Position numbers and translations under genes: made by a program. Source: Cyanobacteria bacterium RYN_339 (GTDB lineage Bacteria > Cyanobacteriota > Sericytochromatia > S15B-MN24 > JAQBPE01). From it: a stretch of DNA of 63,687 bases. The stretch lies in the NCBI GenBank assembly GCA_028287685.1, contig JAQBPE010000080.1, forward strand, positions 1 through 63,687, written 5' to 3'. The notes beneath the pieces were generated by a model. That model was not told where the DNA came from. It made no database searches and saw only the letters and a program-made list of their open reading frames with translations. Shown piece by piece: positions 18,788-28,475 of this stretch (its first letter is position 1; every line of letters starts with the position of its first letter).

Positions 18788-21064
18788 ATGCGTAACCGCC
18801 TGGCTTACCGCCAATTGCTGGTTTCTTGCTTCGGATTGGGAATGGCCATGGGCGTTGTCCCTGGCTCCGCTTCGGCGGCACAGCCCAGTAAGGTCGGCTC
18901 TGTGAGCTACGATCAGGCCCATCAGGCCCTGGCGATCCCCGTCACGGGGCAAGAGCCGAAGGTGCAAGTGCGCCGGCTGGCCCCGCACCAGTACGTGGCG
19001 GATCTGGGCAACTGTGTGTTGGCCCGGTCGGAGGTTCAGGGGCAGCGGATGCATGGCCCGCTGCTGGCCGGCTGGTCGCTGGATGAGACACCCACCGGTC
19101 AGACCGTCCGGCTGCGCCTGACGCTGAACCAGGACGTCGATCCCCAAATCCGGTTCGTCCGGCAGGGCGGCGTGATGCTGATGACCTTCGGCGGCCGCCC
19201 GGTCGCCACGGTGGCCGCAGCGACGACGGCGGCCAAGCGCCCTGTTGCCACGGTGGCCGCCGCTGTGAAGCGCACAACCCCCGTGCTTCCCAAGGTAACG
19301 ACCAAGTCCCAGCTGGCTTTCCCTACCGCCGCGCCGGTTCCGGTGCACCTGGCGGAAGGCCATCTTCGCTCCGACGTGCCGCGCTATGTCGGCCTGCAGC
19401 TTAACACCGCGACGCACGCCGCCCCCAAACCGGCCCGTACCCTCGTGGCGACGCACCACGCCGCGGCCCATCAGGCCGTGAAGCCCGCCACCAAGCCCCC
19501 CTTCCCGTTGATGTTGGCCGGTCGCAACCTGCCGTTCGCCGTTCCGGCCCAGGCCGCGGCGCCGGTGCTGCCGGCGCCGCGCATCCCGGCCGGTCTCGCG
19601 ATGCCCGGCGTCGTGGCACCCCTGGCCTCCGCCCCGCAGTTCGCCTCGCTGGGATCCGCCCGCTACGACGCCAAACGCGGCGTGCTGGTCATCCCGGTCA
19701 GCGGTGAGTTGGATCCCAAGCGGCTCGAAATCGTGCAGCTGAACAAGCGTTGGGCCTACCTGGACGTCCCGGCGAGCATCCCCAACTTCTCCGGCGTGAA
19801 GTTCGAGGAACGGGCGGACAAGACTTTCCAGCGCTGGGTGATGGCCAAGCGCCCCAATCGCAACACCACCCGCCTGTCGTTCGCCCTGGGCGCCGCGGCG
19901 AACTTCGACGTCAAGCTCGAAGGCAAGGAGTTGCTGGTGACCGTGCGGCCGCAGGGTGACCTGATTGCCAAGCAGCCGAAGGCTTCGGCCCCGGTGGTCG
20001 CGGCCAAGCCCGCAGCGCTGGTCGCCGTTGCGCCGGTCGTTACCGCGCCGATCGTTTCCGTGCCCGTGGCCGCTCCGGTGGCGCCTATCGCCGCCAAGCC
20101 GGTGGTCGCGCCTGTCGCGGCCAAGCCGGTGGTCGCGCCGGTTGCGGCCAAGCCGGTCGTTGCCGTCAAGCCGGCCCCGATCGCCCAGCTGCCCGTCGCC
20201 AAGCCCGCTGCCAAGCCGACCGTGGTGCTGGCCAAGGCCCCGGTGCCGGTGAAGGCGCAAGCCCCGGCCAAGCCCACCACCATTCTGGACCGCCCGTTCT
20301 TCGACCAGGAGCGCCACGGCCTCGTGGTCCCCTACACCGGCGAGATCCCGCTTTACCGTTGGAGCAACCAGGAAGACGCTTCCGTCGCCCTGGAAGTGAA
20401 GGGCGCCGCCTCCGTGGCCGGCGAGCTGGAGCAGTCGTTCAAGCAACATCCCGTGATGAAGACCTGGCGCGTCGGCCCCGACGCGGCCGCCGGCACCGTA
20501 CAGTTGGCGATGACCTTCCGCCGGCCCTCCGAAGTGGTGGTCGCGGTCGACACCGCCCGCCGGCAGCTCCTGTTGATCCCCCAGCCCCGCCTCACCGGCG
20601 AGCAGGTGCCGACCGCCGCCGCCCCGACCACCACCTTGTCGGCGGTGAAGCTGCCGGCCGACGGCCAGCGCCTCTACATCTCCTTCACCGGCAAGGTGCC
20701 CGCCTACACCATCGAGACGGTCAGCTCCCAGTTCGCCTACATCAACTTCGAGGCCGCCAAGCTGGAGACCAAGTCGGTTCAGTTCTTCGCCCCGGACTTC
20801 CACCCCAGCCTGAACTACTGGCTGCTGTCGGAGCGCCCGCTGCAAGGCGGCGTGCGCCTGGCCCTCGCCCTGACCCAGGCCGGTGGCCCCTCCGTCTTCG
20901 AAGACCGCTCCAACCAGCGCCTGGTGATCGAGCTCGGCGGCGACGACACCCAAGTGGGCGCCCGCAGCAAGCCCTCGTTCCCGGCGCCTTGGCCCGGTGA
21001 GCACGCCCCGACGGGCTACCAGCCGGCGGACCCGCTGGTGAAAGTCAGCCGGAAGGCGAGCTAA
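18788..21064 (+). CDS. Secreted protein with four AMIN-like repeats and Pro/Ala linkers
   Basis: Signal peptide; repeated YDxxxxxLxIPxxG...YxD...W...VRLxLxL units. Confidence 0.65.
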   Translation: MRNRLAYRQLLVSCFGLGMAMGVVPGSASAAQPSKVGSVSYDQAHQALAIPVTGQEPKVQVRRLAPHQYVADLGNCVLARSEVQGQRMHGPLLAGWSLDETPTGQTVRLRLTLNQDVDPQIRFVRQGGVMLMTFGGRPVATVAAATTAAKRPVATVAAAVKRTTPVLPKVTTKSQLAFPTAAPVPVHLAEGHLRSDVPRYVGLQLNTATHAAPKPARTLVATHHAAAHQAVKPATKPPFPLMLAGRNLPFAVPAQAAAPVLPAPRIPAGLAMPGVVAPLASAPQFASLGSARYDAKRGVLVIPVSGELDPKRLEIVQLNKRWAYLDVPASIPNFSGVKFEERADKTFQRWVMAKRPNRNTTRLSFALGAAANFDVKLEGKELLVTVRPQGDLIAKQPKASAPVVAAKPAALVAVAPVVTAPIVSVPVAAPVAPIAAKPVVAPVAAKPVVAPVAAKPVVAVKPAPIAQLPVAKPAAKPTVVLAKAPVPVKAQAPAKPTTILDRPFFDQERHGLVVPYTGEIPLYRWSNQEDASVALEVKGAASVAGELEQSFKQHPVMKTWRVGPDAAAGTVQLAMTFRRPSEVVVAVDTARRQLLLIPQPRLTGEQVPTAAAPTTTLSAVKLPADGQRLYISFTGKVPAYTIETVSSQFAYINFEAAKLETKSVQFFAPDFHPSLNYWLLSERPLQGGVRLALALTQAGGPSVFEDRSNQRLVIELGGDDTQVGARSKPSFPAPWPGEHAPTGYQPADPLVKVSRKAS
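20090..20164 (+). repeat. 27-nt coding tandem repeat (AAKPVVAPV, about 3 copies)
   Basis: gccgccaagccggtggtcgcgcctgtc / gcggccaagccggtggtcgcgccggtt / gcggccaagccggtcgttgcc. Confidence 0.85.
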
Positions 21065-21927
21065 GCTCCCGTCCGAACTCCCGATGAAAGCGCGGCCTCG
21101 AGCCGCGCTTTTGCTTTAGGCAGGAACCCGCGCGGCAGCTCGCCGGCCCCGTGCGCCGGGAAGGCATGGTTCCAGGGCTCCGCCAGCAGCGCCCGCGCCT
21201 GGGCCTGTTGGAGGTCCCAGTCGTAGGTCCAGTCGAAGCGTTCGGGCACGAGGGCGTCGCCCTGGGGCAACAGGTGGTCCCCCACGAACAGGCAGCCGCC
21301 ATGGCGGCGCCAGAGGAGGCAGCTCGAGCCGCGCGTGTGGCCCGGGGTGTGGATCACCTGGAGGTCGTCGGCAAAGGCGTGGGTGCCCGTGAAGGCATGC
21401 GCCACGGCCAGCTGGACCTGGTCCGCCTCCGACTCATGCATGATCACCTCCGCCCCGAAGTGGAGCTGGAAGTCCTCGACCTCGCCCAGCGTGTCCTCGT
21501 GCGTGACGAAGATGTAGCGGAGGTCTCCCAGGGCCTGCAGCTGCGGCAGCAGATCCTGGTGGAAGGCCGGCAGGTCGACCAAGACGTTGCCATCGGGGCG
21601 CACGATCAAGTAAGCGTCGGCGTCGTCCGTCAGCGGGCTGGGGTGGCCCAAGGCGAAGAGGCCCGGCAGGAGCTGGCGGATAGGCGGGGGACCCTCCAGG
21701 TGGCCGTCCGCGCCGATGGCGCCGACGGGGCAGGTCTCTTTCGCTCGCTCGCAGGCGGCGATCGCCTCCGGGGTCTCCGGCTGGCTGAACACCCACGAGT
21801 GCCCGGCCTCGTCCCAGCCGAAGTGCTCCGGCGCGATCCGGCGGCAGCGCTCGCAGTCGATGCACTTGCGGTCGACATAGAAGACGCCATCGACGTTCTG
21901 GGGATATCGGAGGTCTTTGCGGGCCAT
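21061..21927 (-). CDS. Ferredoxin plus MBL-fold metallo-hydrolase
   Basis: CIDCERC...CPVGAI Fe-S motif; THED, HTPGHT, GDHL, PAHG. Confidence 0.85.
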   Translation of the reverse strand: MARKDLRYPQNVDGVFYVDRKCIDCERCRRIAPEHFGWDEAGHSWVFSQPETPEAIAACERAKETCPVGAIGADGHLEGPPPIRQLLPGLFALGHPSPLTDDADAYLIVRPDGNVLVDLPAFHQDLLPQLQALGDLRYIFVTHEDTLGEVEDFQLHFGAEVIMHESEADQVQLAVAHAFTGTHAFADDLQVIHTPGHTRGSSCLLWRRHGGCLFVGDHLLPQGDALVPERFDWTYDWDLQQAQARALLAEPWNHAFPAHGAGELPRGFLPKAKARLEAALSSGVRTGA

Positions 21928-22026
21928 TACACCTAGCTTACCCAAATGTCCAAACAATACTGGGCGGGGCGGACCGGGGCAAGCGCCTTGGCTTCGTATA
22001 ACTTTACAATTAGAAACCTGGAGGCC

Positions 22027-23112
22027 ATGATGTTGCGTCCCATCAGCTGTATCGCCCTCGCCGCCCTCTTGGCCGGCTGTGCCACCGGCCCCGCCGCGCC
22101 CATCGAGGCGCCTGCCCTACGCATGCCGATCCAGGCCCATGTGACGACGGACCCCCGGGCGCTGCTCGCCGACGGCGAGCCCACCCGCTACGACTGGAAC
22201 CTACGCCAGATCCAGATCGGCGGCTACCGGGTCCAGAGCGAGCCGGGCGTCCGCACCGTCGTCGCGATCATGGACACCGGCGTGGACAACAACCAGCCCA
22301 AGTTGGCCGGCCGGGCCTACGGCATGCTCGACGTGGTCGGCCACGACGTTTACCAGCAGAACGGGCACGACGTCGATTTCACCGGCAAGGACGGCAACGG
22401 CCATGGCACCCACGTGGCCGGCCTGGTCGCCGAAGTCGCCGCGGGCTTCAACGTCGAGGTGTTGCCGATCAAGGTCATCCCCAACTCCGGCGTGGGTGAC
22501 GACAAGCTGTTGGCCGACGGCATCGAGAAGGCCATGGCCTGGCGGGACCCCGCGGACCCCAGCGTGCGGGTGCGGGTCATGAACCTGAGCGTGTCCAGCC
22601 CGCGCAAGTCCGATCGCCTGGAGGCCATCATCAAGCGCGCCACCGATGCGGGGATCTTGGTGGTCGCCGCGTCGGGCAACGAAGGCAAGGGGGTGGATTT
22701 CCCGGCCACGATGCCCGAGGTCCTGGCGGTCGGCGCGACCACCGTGGTGGACGAGATCGCCGGTTACTCCTGCTACGGCAGCGCCGTCGACATGGCGGCG
22801 CCGGGCGGCAGCGACGACATGCCGATTTATTCGACCTGGCCGACGTACTTGACCAGCTCCGACTACGACGCCGGGCTGGAGCGCGTGCACACCCGCGCGG
22901 GGCTGGTGGGCACCTCGATGGCGGCACCCCACGTGGCCGGCATGGCCGCGGTGGCCTGGGCCTTGCACCCCTCGATGACCCAGCGCCAAATCCGGTCCCT
23001 GCTGCTGGCCATGGCCGACGACCATGGCACGCCGGGGCCGGACACCTTCTACGGCTTCGGCCGCCTGAACTTCGCCCGCGTATTGGGAGGCACCACCCAT
23101 GATGCGCACTAG
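22027..23112 (+). CDS. S8 serine protease, lipoprotein
   Basis: GGAGG RBS; LAGC lipobox; MDTG, HGTHVAG, GTSMAAPHVAG. Confidence 0.92.
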   Translation: MMLRPISCIALAALLAGCATGPAAPIEAPALRMPIQAHVTTDPRALLADGEPTRYDWNLRQIQIGGYRVQSEPGVRTVVAIMDTGVDNNQPKLAGRAYGMLDVVGHDVYQQNGHDVDFTGKDGNGHGTHVAGLVAEVAAGFNVEVLPIKVIPNSGVGDDKLLADGIEKAMAWRDPADPSVRVRVMNLSVSSPRKSDRLEAIIKRATDAGILVVAASGNEGKGVDFPATMPEVLAVGATTVVDEIAGYSCYGSAVDMAAPGGSDDMPIYSTWPTYLTSSDYDAGLERVHTRAGLVGTSMAAPHVAGMAAVAWALHPSMTQRQIRSLLLAMADDHGTPGPDTFYGFGRLNFARVLGGTTHDAH

Positions 23113-24052
23113 CTGGCTGCTGACCCTGACGCTGTTGTCTGGCTGTGGGTGGGGGGGACCGCCGCAGCCCCTGTTCACCGTGAGCGGGCGCGTGCTGGAC
23201 GGTAACGACGTCCCCGTCCCCGGCGCCGTGGTCACGGACGGGAACGGCAGCGTCCTCACGGAGGAGAACGGACGCTACAGCCTGGCGGTCTTCTCGACCC
23301 ACCTCACGGTGACCAAGCCGGGCCTGAGCACGGTGCGCTTCGAGGTGGAGAAGGGCGACAGCCCGACCTCGCACCTGGCGGCCCGTCCGGGCGCGCCCAA
23401 GGTGGGCCTGGACACCCGCTGGGGCGCGGCCGACCTCAAGGGCCTGCGCACTGCGCTGGGCGCGGCGTTGAAGAGCTACCCCGCCACGCCGCTGGCGGAG
23501 CTCGACGCCCTGGTGATGGTCACGCCCGGCTACCTCGACCCGGCCGAACAAGCCGCGCTGGACCGTTGGATCCGCGCGGGCGGGCGGCTGGTGTTGGCCG
23601 GCGAATGGGGCGGCTACCCGTCCCAGAGCCTGGACACGCTCAACACCTTGGCCCAGCCGGCCGGCATCACCTTCACGGGGGCCACGGTGAAGATCGCGAT
23701 TGGGCCGGATGACACGGAAGGCTGGGACAGCAGCGCGGCGATCGCCCCCGCCTCCCTCGCCACGCTCGCCGGCGGGACCGACCCCGTCTACATGTTCACC
23801 AGCACCTCGTTGGCCCTGGGCAGCCCGGCGCGCGCGATCTTGCAGTCCGACAAGCGCGCCTACAGCGTGCTGGCGACCTCCAGCCGGCTGTCATCGCAGG
23901 TGTTGGCTGCGGTCGGCGCCACGGGCTCCGGCAAGGTCTTCGCCCTGGGCGACAGCTCGCTGTGGCTGGACGAGGCTAGCGACGGCGGCGGCACGCCCAA
24001 CGTGGCCCGGGGCGCGAACGCGCGCCTGGCGAGCGCGCTGGTCGCCTGGTAA
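23099..24052 (+). CDS. Lipoprotein with carboxypeptidase-regulatory-like and GATase-like/DUF4350-type domains
   Basis: LSGC lipobox; VSGRVLD...PVPGAVV...TEENGRY; WIRAGGRLVLAGE; GKVFALGDSSLW. Confidence 0.65.
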   Translation: MMRTSWLLTLTLLSGCGWGGPPQPLFTVSGRVLDGNDVPVPGAVVTDGNGSVLTEENGRYSLAVFSTHLTVTKPGLSTVRFEVEKGDSPTSHLAARPGAPKVGLDTRWGAADLKGLRTALGAALKSYPATPLAELDALVMVTPGYLDPAEQAALDRWIRAGGRLVLAGEWGGYPSQSLDTLNTLAQPAGITFTGATVKIAIGPDDTEGWDSSAAIAPASLATLAGGTDPVYMFTSTSLALGSPARAILQSDKRAYSVLATSSRLSSQVLAAVGATGSGKVFALGDSSLWLDEASDGGGTPNVARGANARLASALVAW

Positions 24053-24092
24053 GATGGTCCCTTCGTAGCTTAAATCTACTTAAGGGGCCCGA

Positions 24093-26384
24093 TTGAACGT
24101 CACCTTCGTCGATCGCCAAATCCTGATCGATGGTCGCCCCGACGTCCTGATCGGAGGCGAGTTCCAGTACTTCCGCATCGACCGGGCGCTCTGGCGCCCC
24201 AGCCTGGAGGCCTTCAAGGCCGCGGGCATGAACGCCATCTCCGCTTACGTGCCCTGGGTCTGGCACGAGGTCACGGAAGGCGACTTCGACTTCACCGGGC
24301 GCACGGATCCCGCCCGGGACCTGGAGGGCTTCCTGGCCCTGGCCGACGAGCTCGACCTGCCGCTGATCATCAAGCCGGGCCCGTACATCTTCGCGGAGTA
24401 CCAGGGCTTCGGGCTGCCGCTCTGGCTGCAGACCAACCACCCGGAGATCCTGATGCAGGTGAGCAGCCCGCAAGACTACCCGCAGCCCAGCATCAACCAC
24501 CCCGGCTACCTGGCCCTCGTGAAGGTCTGGTTCGAGACCGTCGCCGCCGTGATCCGGCCGTACGTGGAGCGCGGCCGGGTCTGCGCCATCCAGGTCGACA
24601 ACGAGACCGGCTACCCCCAGTACGGGCAGGGCCCCCACATGACCGACCGCAACCCCGCCACGCTGGCGTTGCTGCGCGAGGCGCTCCAGCGCCAGTTCAG
24701 CTCCGTGCATGAGCTCAACAAGGTCTGGGGGACGGACTTCGCGGCCTTCGACGAGGTGGTGCCCCCGGTGGAGCGCCTCTACAACGCGGCCCAGCTCGAC
24801 ACCATGGCGCGCTTCGTCGAAGACGAGATCGTGCGCTACCTCGCCGCCTTGAAGGCCATCTGGGAGGCGATCGGCCTGCCCACCTTCTACTTCATCAACG
24901 ACATTTGGCTGGACGCCTGGCCGAGCCATATGGGCAAGAAGAACGCCGTGGCGCCCCTGGCCTTCGACATCTACCCGCGCTACTCCGACCTGCCCGTCAC
25001 CTTCGATCAGCCCTTCTCGATTTCCTACGTCCCCAAGCTCTTCCACGCCTTCCTGCGCAGCGGCCCCTTGATTTGCGCGGAGATGGGCGCCGGCTGGCTG
25101 GACCCCGCCTGCACGGTCTCGAACGCGGCGACCTGGCAATCCACCATGGCCGCCTTCGCCCACGGCACCCAGGCCTGCCTGTATTACATCCTCCAGGACG
25201 GACGGGATAGCGACGGCGATTACGTGTTCCGGTCGTTCATCGGGATCGACGGCGAGGAGCTGCCTCGCATGGACATCGCGCGGCGTGCTGCGCGGTTCTG
25301 CAAGGCTTGGGGCAACCGGCTCGCCGAGACCGCGGAGCGCACCTCGCCGGTCGCCGTGTTGCACTACCCGGCCATCACGCGCGAGATGATGTCCGCCGCC
25401 CTGGACCCGGTGGGCATGCTGGTCCAGGGGTCCCATCGCGCCGTCGACGAGGCGCTGACCATCGTCTCCGTGAACGCCGGGCTGTATGGGGCGTTGGCCG
25501 AGGCCGGCTACAACCCCCGCGTGCTCAACCTCGAGAAGGCTTCGCCCGCGGAACTGGCGGCCCACGAGGTGATCTTCTTCAACTCGATCGGCACGGTCGA
25601 CCCGGCCAGCCAACAGAAGCTGCTGGCCTACGTGCAGGGGGGCGGCCGCCTGGTCACGCTGGGCACGCCGTTCTCGGAAGACAGCCGGCTCTTCCCGGCC
25701 AAGGTGAAGGGTGTGCTGAACCCGCGTGCCTGGCGTGTGCTTGCCCAGGTCGCTTGGGACTATGTGAAGCTCTACTGGCGCCTGGGCCGCCAGTTCCCCC
25801 ATAAGTTCTGCGCCTATACCATCGAGGGCATGTACCCCGCGATGCTGATGACGCGCCACGCTACCCGTGCCGGCGTCTGGTTGGACGGCGAGGATCCGCT
25901 GTGGGCCTCGCGGCTGGTCACGCTTTCGCGCCTGGGGGCGGACGCCAAGCTGTTGTTGAGCTGCCGCGGCAAGGCCGCCGGCTACGAGGCCAGCGTGGGC
26001 GAGGGCAAGAGCGTCTTCGTCGGCACCCTGCTGGGTGCCAGCTTCGACTCGCCGGGCTTCTACCTCGACGATCCGGCCCGCAAGCGCTCCGTTTCCGGCT
26101 TCCTGGCGCGCCTGTTGATGGGCTACGGCCTGCACCCGGAGGTGACGCCGTTGGCCGACGTCGAGACCGTGGTGCGCGAGGGCGTCGGGCAGCGCCTGGC
26201 GTTCATGATCAACCGCGGCCCCGCCAAGGACTTCACGCTGCGCCTGGACCGCCCCTGGGACGGGCTCGCGCTCACGGACGTCTTCGCGGGCGAGGGGTCC
26301 ACCGCCACCTGGGACGGCGAACAGGTCCGCGGCCGCCTGGAGGCGGACGACGTGCTGTGCCTGTGCTGGGAGACCACCCCGTGA
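24093..26384 (+). CDS. Beta-galactosidase-like glycoside hydrolase (GH35/GH42 clan)
   Basis: GEFQYFR, YVPWVWHE..EGDFDF, KPGPYIFAE, QVDNE acid/base, AEM nucleophile. Confidence 0.88.
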   Translation: MNVTFVDRQILIDGRPDVLIGGEFQYFRIDRALWRPSLEAFKAAGMNAISAYVPWVWHEVTEGDFDFTGRTDPARDLEGFLALADELDLPLIIKPGPYIFAEYQGFGLPLWLQTNHPEILMQVSSPQDYPQPSINHPGYLALVKVWFETVAAVIRPYVERGRVCAIQVDNETGYPQYGQGPHMTDRNPATLALLREALQRQFSSVHELNKVWGTDFAAFDEVVPPVERLYNAAQLDTMARFVEDEIVRYLAALKAIWEAIGLPTFYFINDIWLDAWPSHMGKKNAVAPLAFDIYPRYSDLPVTFDQPFSISYVPKLFHAFLRSGPLICAEMGAGWLDPACTVSNAATWQSTMAAFAHGTQACLYYILQDGRDSDGDYVFRSFIGIDGEELPRMDIARRAARFCKAWGNRLAETAERTSPVAVLHYPAITREMMSAALDPVGMLVQGSHRAVDEALTIVSVNAGLYGALAEAGYNPRVLNLEKASPAELAAHEVIFFNSIGTVDPASQQKLLAYVQGGGRLVTLGTPFSEDSRLFPAKVKGVLNPRAWRVLAQVAWDYVKLYWRLGRQFPHKFCAYTIEGMYPAMLMTRHATRAGVWLDGEDPLWASRLVTLSRLGADAKLLLSCRGKAAGYEASVGEGKSVFVGTLLGASFDSPGFYLDDPARKRSVSGFLARLLMGYGLHPEVTPLADVETVVREGVGQRLAFMINRGPAKDFTLRLDRPWDGLALTDVFAGEGSTATWDGEQVRGRLEADDVLCLCWETTP

Positions 26385-27514
26385 CGGACGTGTCCAAGCG
26401 CTGGAAGGTGCTGCGCGACGCCGCCGCCCCGGTGCTGTCCGCCCCGGCCCTGGTGGTGGCGATCGCCCTGGCCTTCTCGCTGGCGATGGCCCTGGCGCTG
26501 CAGTTCGGCACCAACCTCTACGACCAACGGGCGGAGCTGGCCTACGTGCATGCCGGCCTGAACGCACTCTTGGCGCTGGGGTTGGGCGTGATGATGCTCC
26601 TGCGCCCGACCTGGCAACGCGCGCACATGATCATGCTGGGCGTGGCGCTCGCCGTGATCCTGGGATCGTTGTGGGCGGCCGGGGCCAAGCTCCAGTTCCG
26701 CCGCAGCCAGGTCTCGGGCAACGCCTTCTACTCGCTGCCCCACCAACCTTTCCGTTACGAGGAGCCGGCCGTGACGGTCTGGATCCGGACGGCGGACAAC
26801 GTGCAGCTGGCCTGCACCTTGATTTCCCACAAGCGCACGCGGGCCGTCGTGTTCTACCCTGGCTGGCGCACCAACCGCGATGCCTTCGCCGTCGCGACCC
26901 TGGCCCAGTGGCTGGCCAACACCGTCGACGTCCTGGTGGTGGACCCGCGCGGCCAGGGCGAGAGCGAGGGCGCCAAGACGCCGGACGGCCAGGAAAAGCA
27001 GGACGTGCTGGCGGCGGTCGGCTACATGCGCAGCACCGGCCACCCCCACGTGGGTGTGCTGGCGGAAGAGGACGCGGCCTTGCCCGCGGTCCAGGCCGCC
27101 ACCTTGCATGAAGGCATCGAGAGCCTGGCGTTGGTCTCGCCGGCGGCGGTGTGGGGCGAGTCGCTCGGCCAGGACGGGCGGTTCTTCGACCCGCACGGGC
27201 TGTTCGGCCGGCTCTATTGGCGCGTGGCGGCCGGCTTGCGGCTGGCGTCCGGCCAGAACGCGCCGCCGCTGACGGACGCGATTCGCTTCGTGGCGCCCAC
27301 CCCGATCCTGATCACCGGCACGAAGCCCCAGGCCGGCAGCACGATCGACCAGTTGCACCTGGCGGCGGGCGAGCCCAAGAGCCTGATCGTGCTGGGTGGC
27401 GAGGGCAAGCCCGTCACCTGGACCCACTTCGCGGAGTACTACAAGACCCTGGAAGGCTGGTACGACATCACGCTGCGCGCGGTCGTGCCGGTGGAGCCTA
27501 CTGCCGGCCCGTGA
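26381..27514 (+). CDS. Membrane-anchored alpha/beta-hydrolase-fold protein lacking GxSxG
   Basis: Three TM segments; DPRGQGESEG, DVLAAVGYM; nucleophile elbow reads VGVLAEEDAA. Confidence 0.7.
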   Translation: MTDVSKRWKVLRDAAAPVLSAPALVVAIALAFSLAMALALQFGTNLYDQRAELAYVHAGLNALLALGLGVMMLLRPTWQRAHMIMLGVALAVILGSLWAAGAKLQFRRSQVSGNAFYSLPHQPFRYEEPAVTVWIRTADNVQLACTLISHKRTRAVVFYPGWRTNRDAFAVATLAQWLANTVDVLVVDPRGQGESEGAKTPDGQEKQDVLAAVGYMRSTGHPHVGVLAEEDAALPAVQAATLHEGIESLALVSPAAVWGESLGQDGRFFDPHGLFGRLYWRVAAGLRLASGQNAPPLTDAIRFVAPTPILITGTKPQAGSTIDQLHLAAGEPKSLIVLGGEGKPVTWTHFAEYYKTLEGWYDITLRAVVPVEPTAGP

Positions 27515-28469
27515 TCAGGGTGAGCAGGGTCTCCTGGCGCGAGTTGGCGGCGCTGAAAAGGGCCGTGGTGGAGTTCTTGAGGATTTCGGCGCGGGTCTTC
27601 GCCACCATCTCGTCGGCCATGTCGGCATCGCGGATCTTCGACTCCGAGCTCGAGACCTGCGTGTCGTAGTTCGTGACGTTGTTCAGCTGGTGGCCCAGCT
27701 TGTTGATGCAGGCGCCGAAGTAGCCGGCCTGCTGGGAGAGGCCGCCGGTGGCGGTGTCGACCGTGTTGAACGCTTGCTGCATGTTCAAGGGGGTGTTCGG
27801 GTTGACCAGGAGCTTCTTGGGGAAGGCCTGGTCGAGGGTCACGCCCGGCGGGAAGGGTGCGGGCGCCTGGGACGTGGGCAGCGGCAACGGCTTGCCGAAC
27901 AGGCTCTCCAGCTGGGGGTTGAACTTCGAGCCGTAGAGCTCGCTGTAGCCGAAGGAGTCCAGGGTAAAGGTCAACAACGTGTCGTGCAGGGGGTTGTAGT
28001 CCACGGACTCCACCTGGCCCCGGTCGGCACCCACCTGGAAGTCGAGGATGCGGTCCGACGGGTTGCCGTCCAGCTTCAAGCGGAACTGGTGGGCGGCGTC
28101 GAAGGCTTCCGGGATCAGGTTCTTGATCTGGTCGATTTCGTCCTGGATGTCTTGGAGGTCGGCGCTGGAGTTCGTGGAGTTGCCGGCGCGCACCACCAGC
28201 TCGCGCATGCGCTGCATGATCGGGAACATGCCCTGGACCGCGCCCTCACCGATTTGCACGGTGTTGATCGCGTCCTGGATGTTGCGGGCCGCTTGCTGGG
28301 TGCCCTTCACCTGGGCGCGCATGCCTTCGGCGATCGTCAGGCCGGAGGCGTCGTCGGAGGCGCGGTTGATGCGCAGGCCGGACGACAGGCGCTCGATCGC
28401 CGCCGACTCCTTGGTGTCGTTGGTGGCGATGCGCGCGGCGATGGGCAGGCTGGTGTTCAGCGATAGCAT
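27498..28469 (-). CDS. fliC: Flagellin
   Basis: ERLSSGLRINRASDDASGL and SKIRDADMADEM conserved termini. Confidence 0.9.
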   Translation of the reverse strand: MLSLNTSLPIAARIATNDTKESAAIERLSSGLRINRASDDASGLTIAEGMRAQVKGTQQAARNIQDAINTVQIGEGAVQGMFPIMQRMRELVVRAGNSTNSSADLQDIQDEIDQIKNLIPEAFDAAHQFRLKLDGNPSDRILDFQVGADRGQVESVDYNPLHDTLLTFTLDSFGYSELYGSKFNPQLESLFGKPLPLPTSQAPAPFPPGVTLDQAFPKKLLVNPNTPLNMQQAFNTVDTATGGLSQQAGYFGACINKLGHQLNNVTNYDTQVSSSESKIRDADMADEMVAKTRAEILKNSTTALFSAANSRQETLLTLITGRQ

Positions 28470-28475
28470 CAGACG

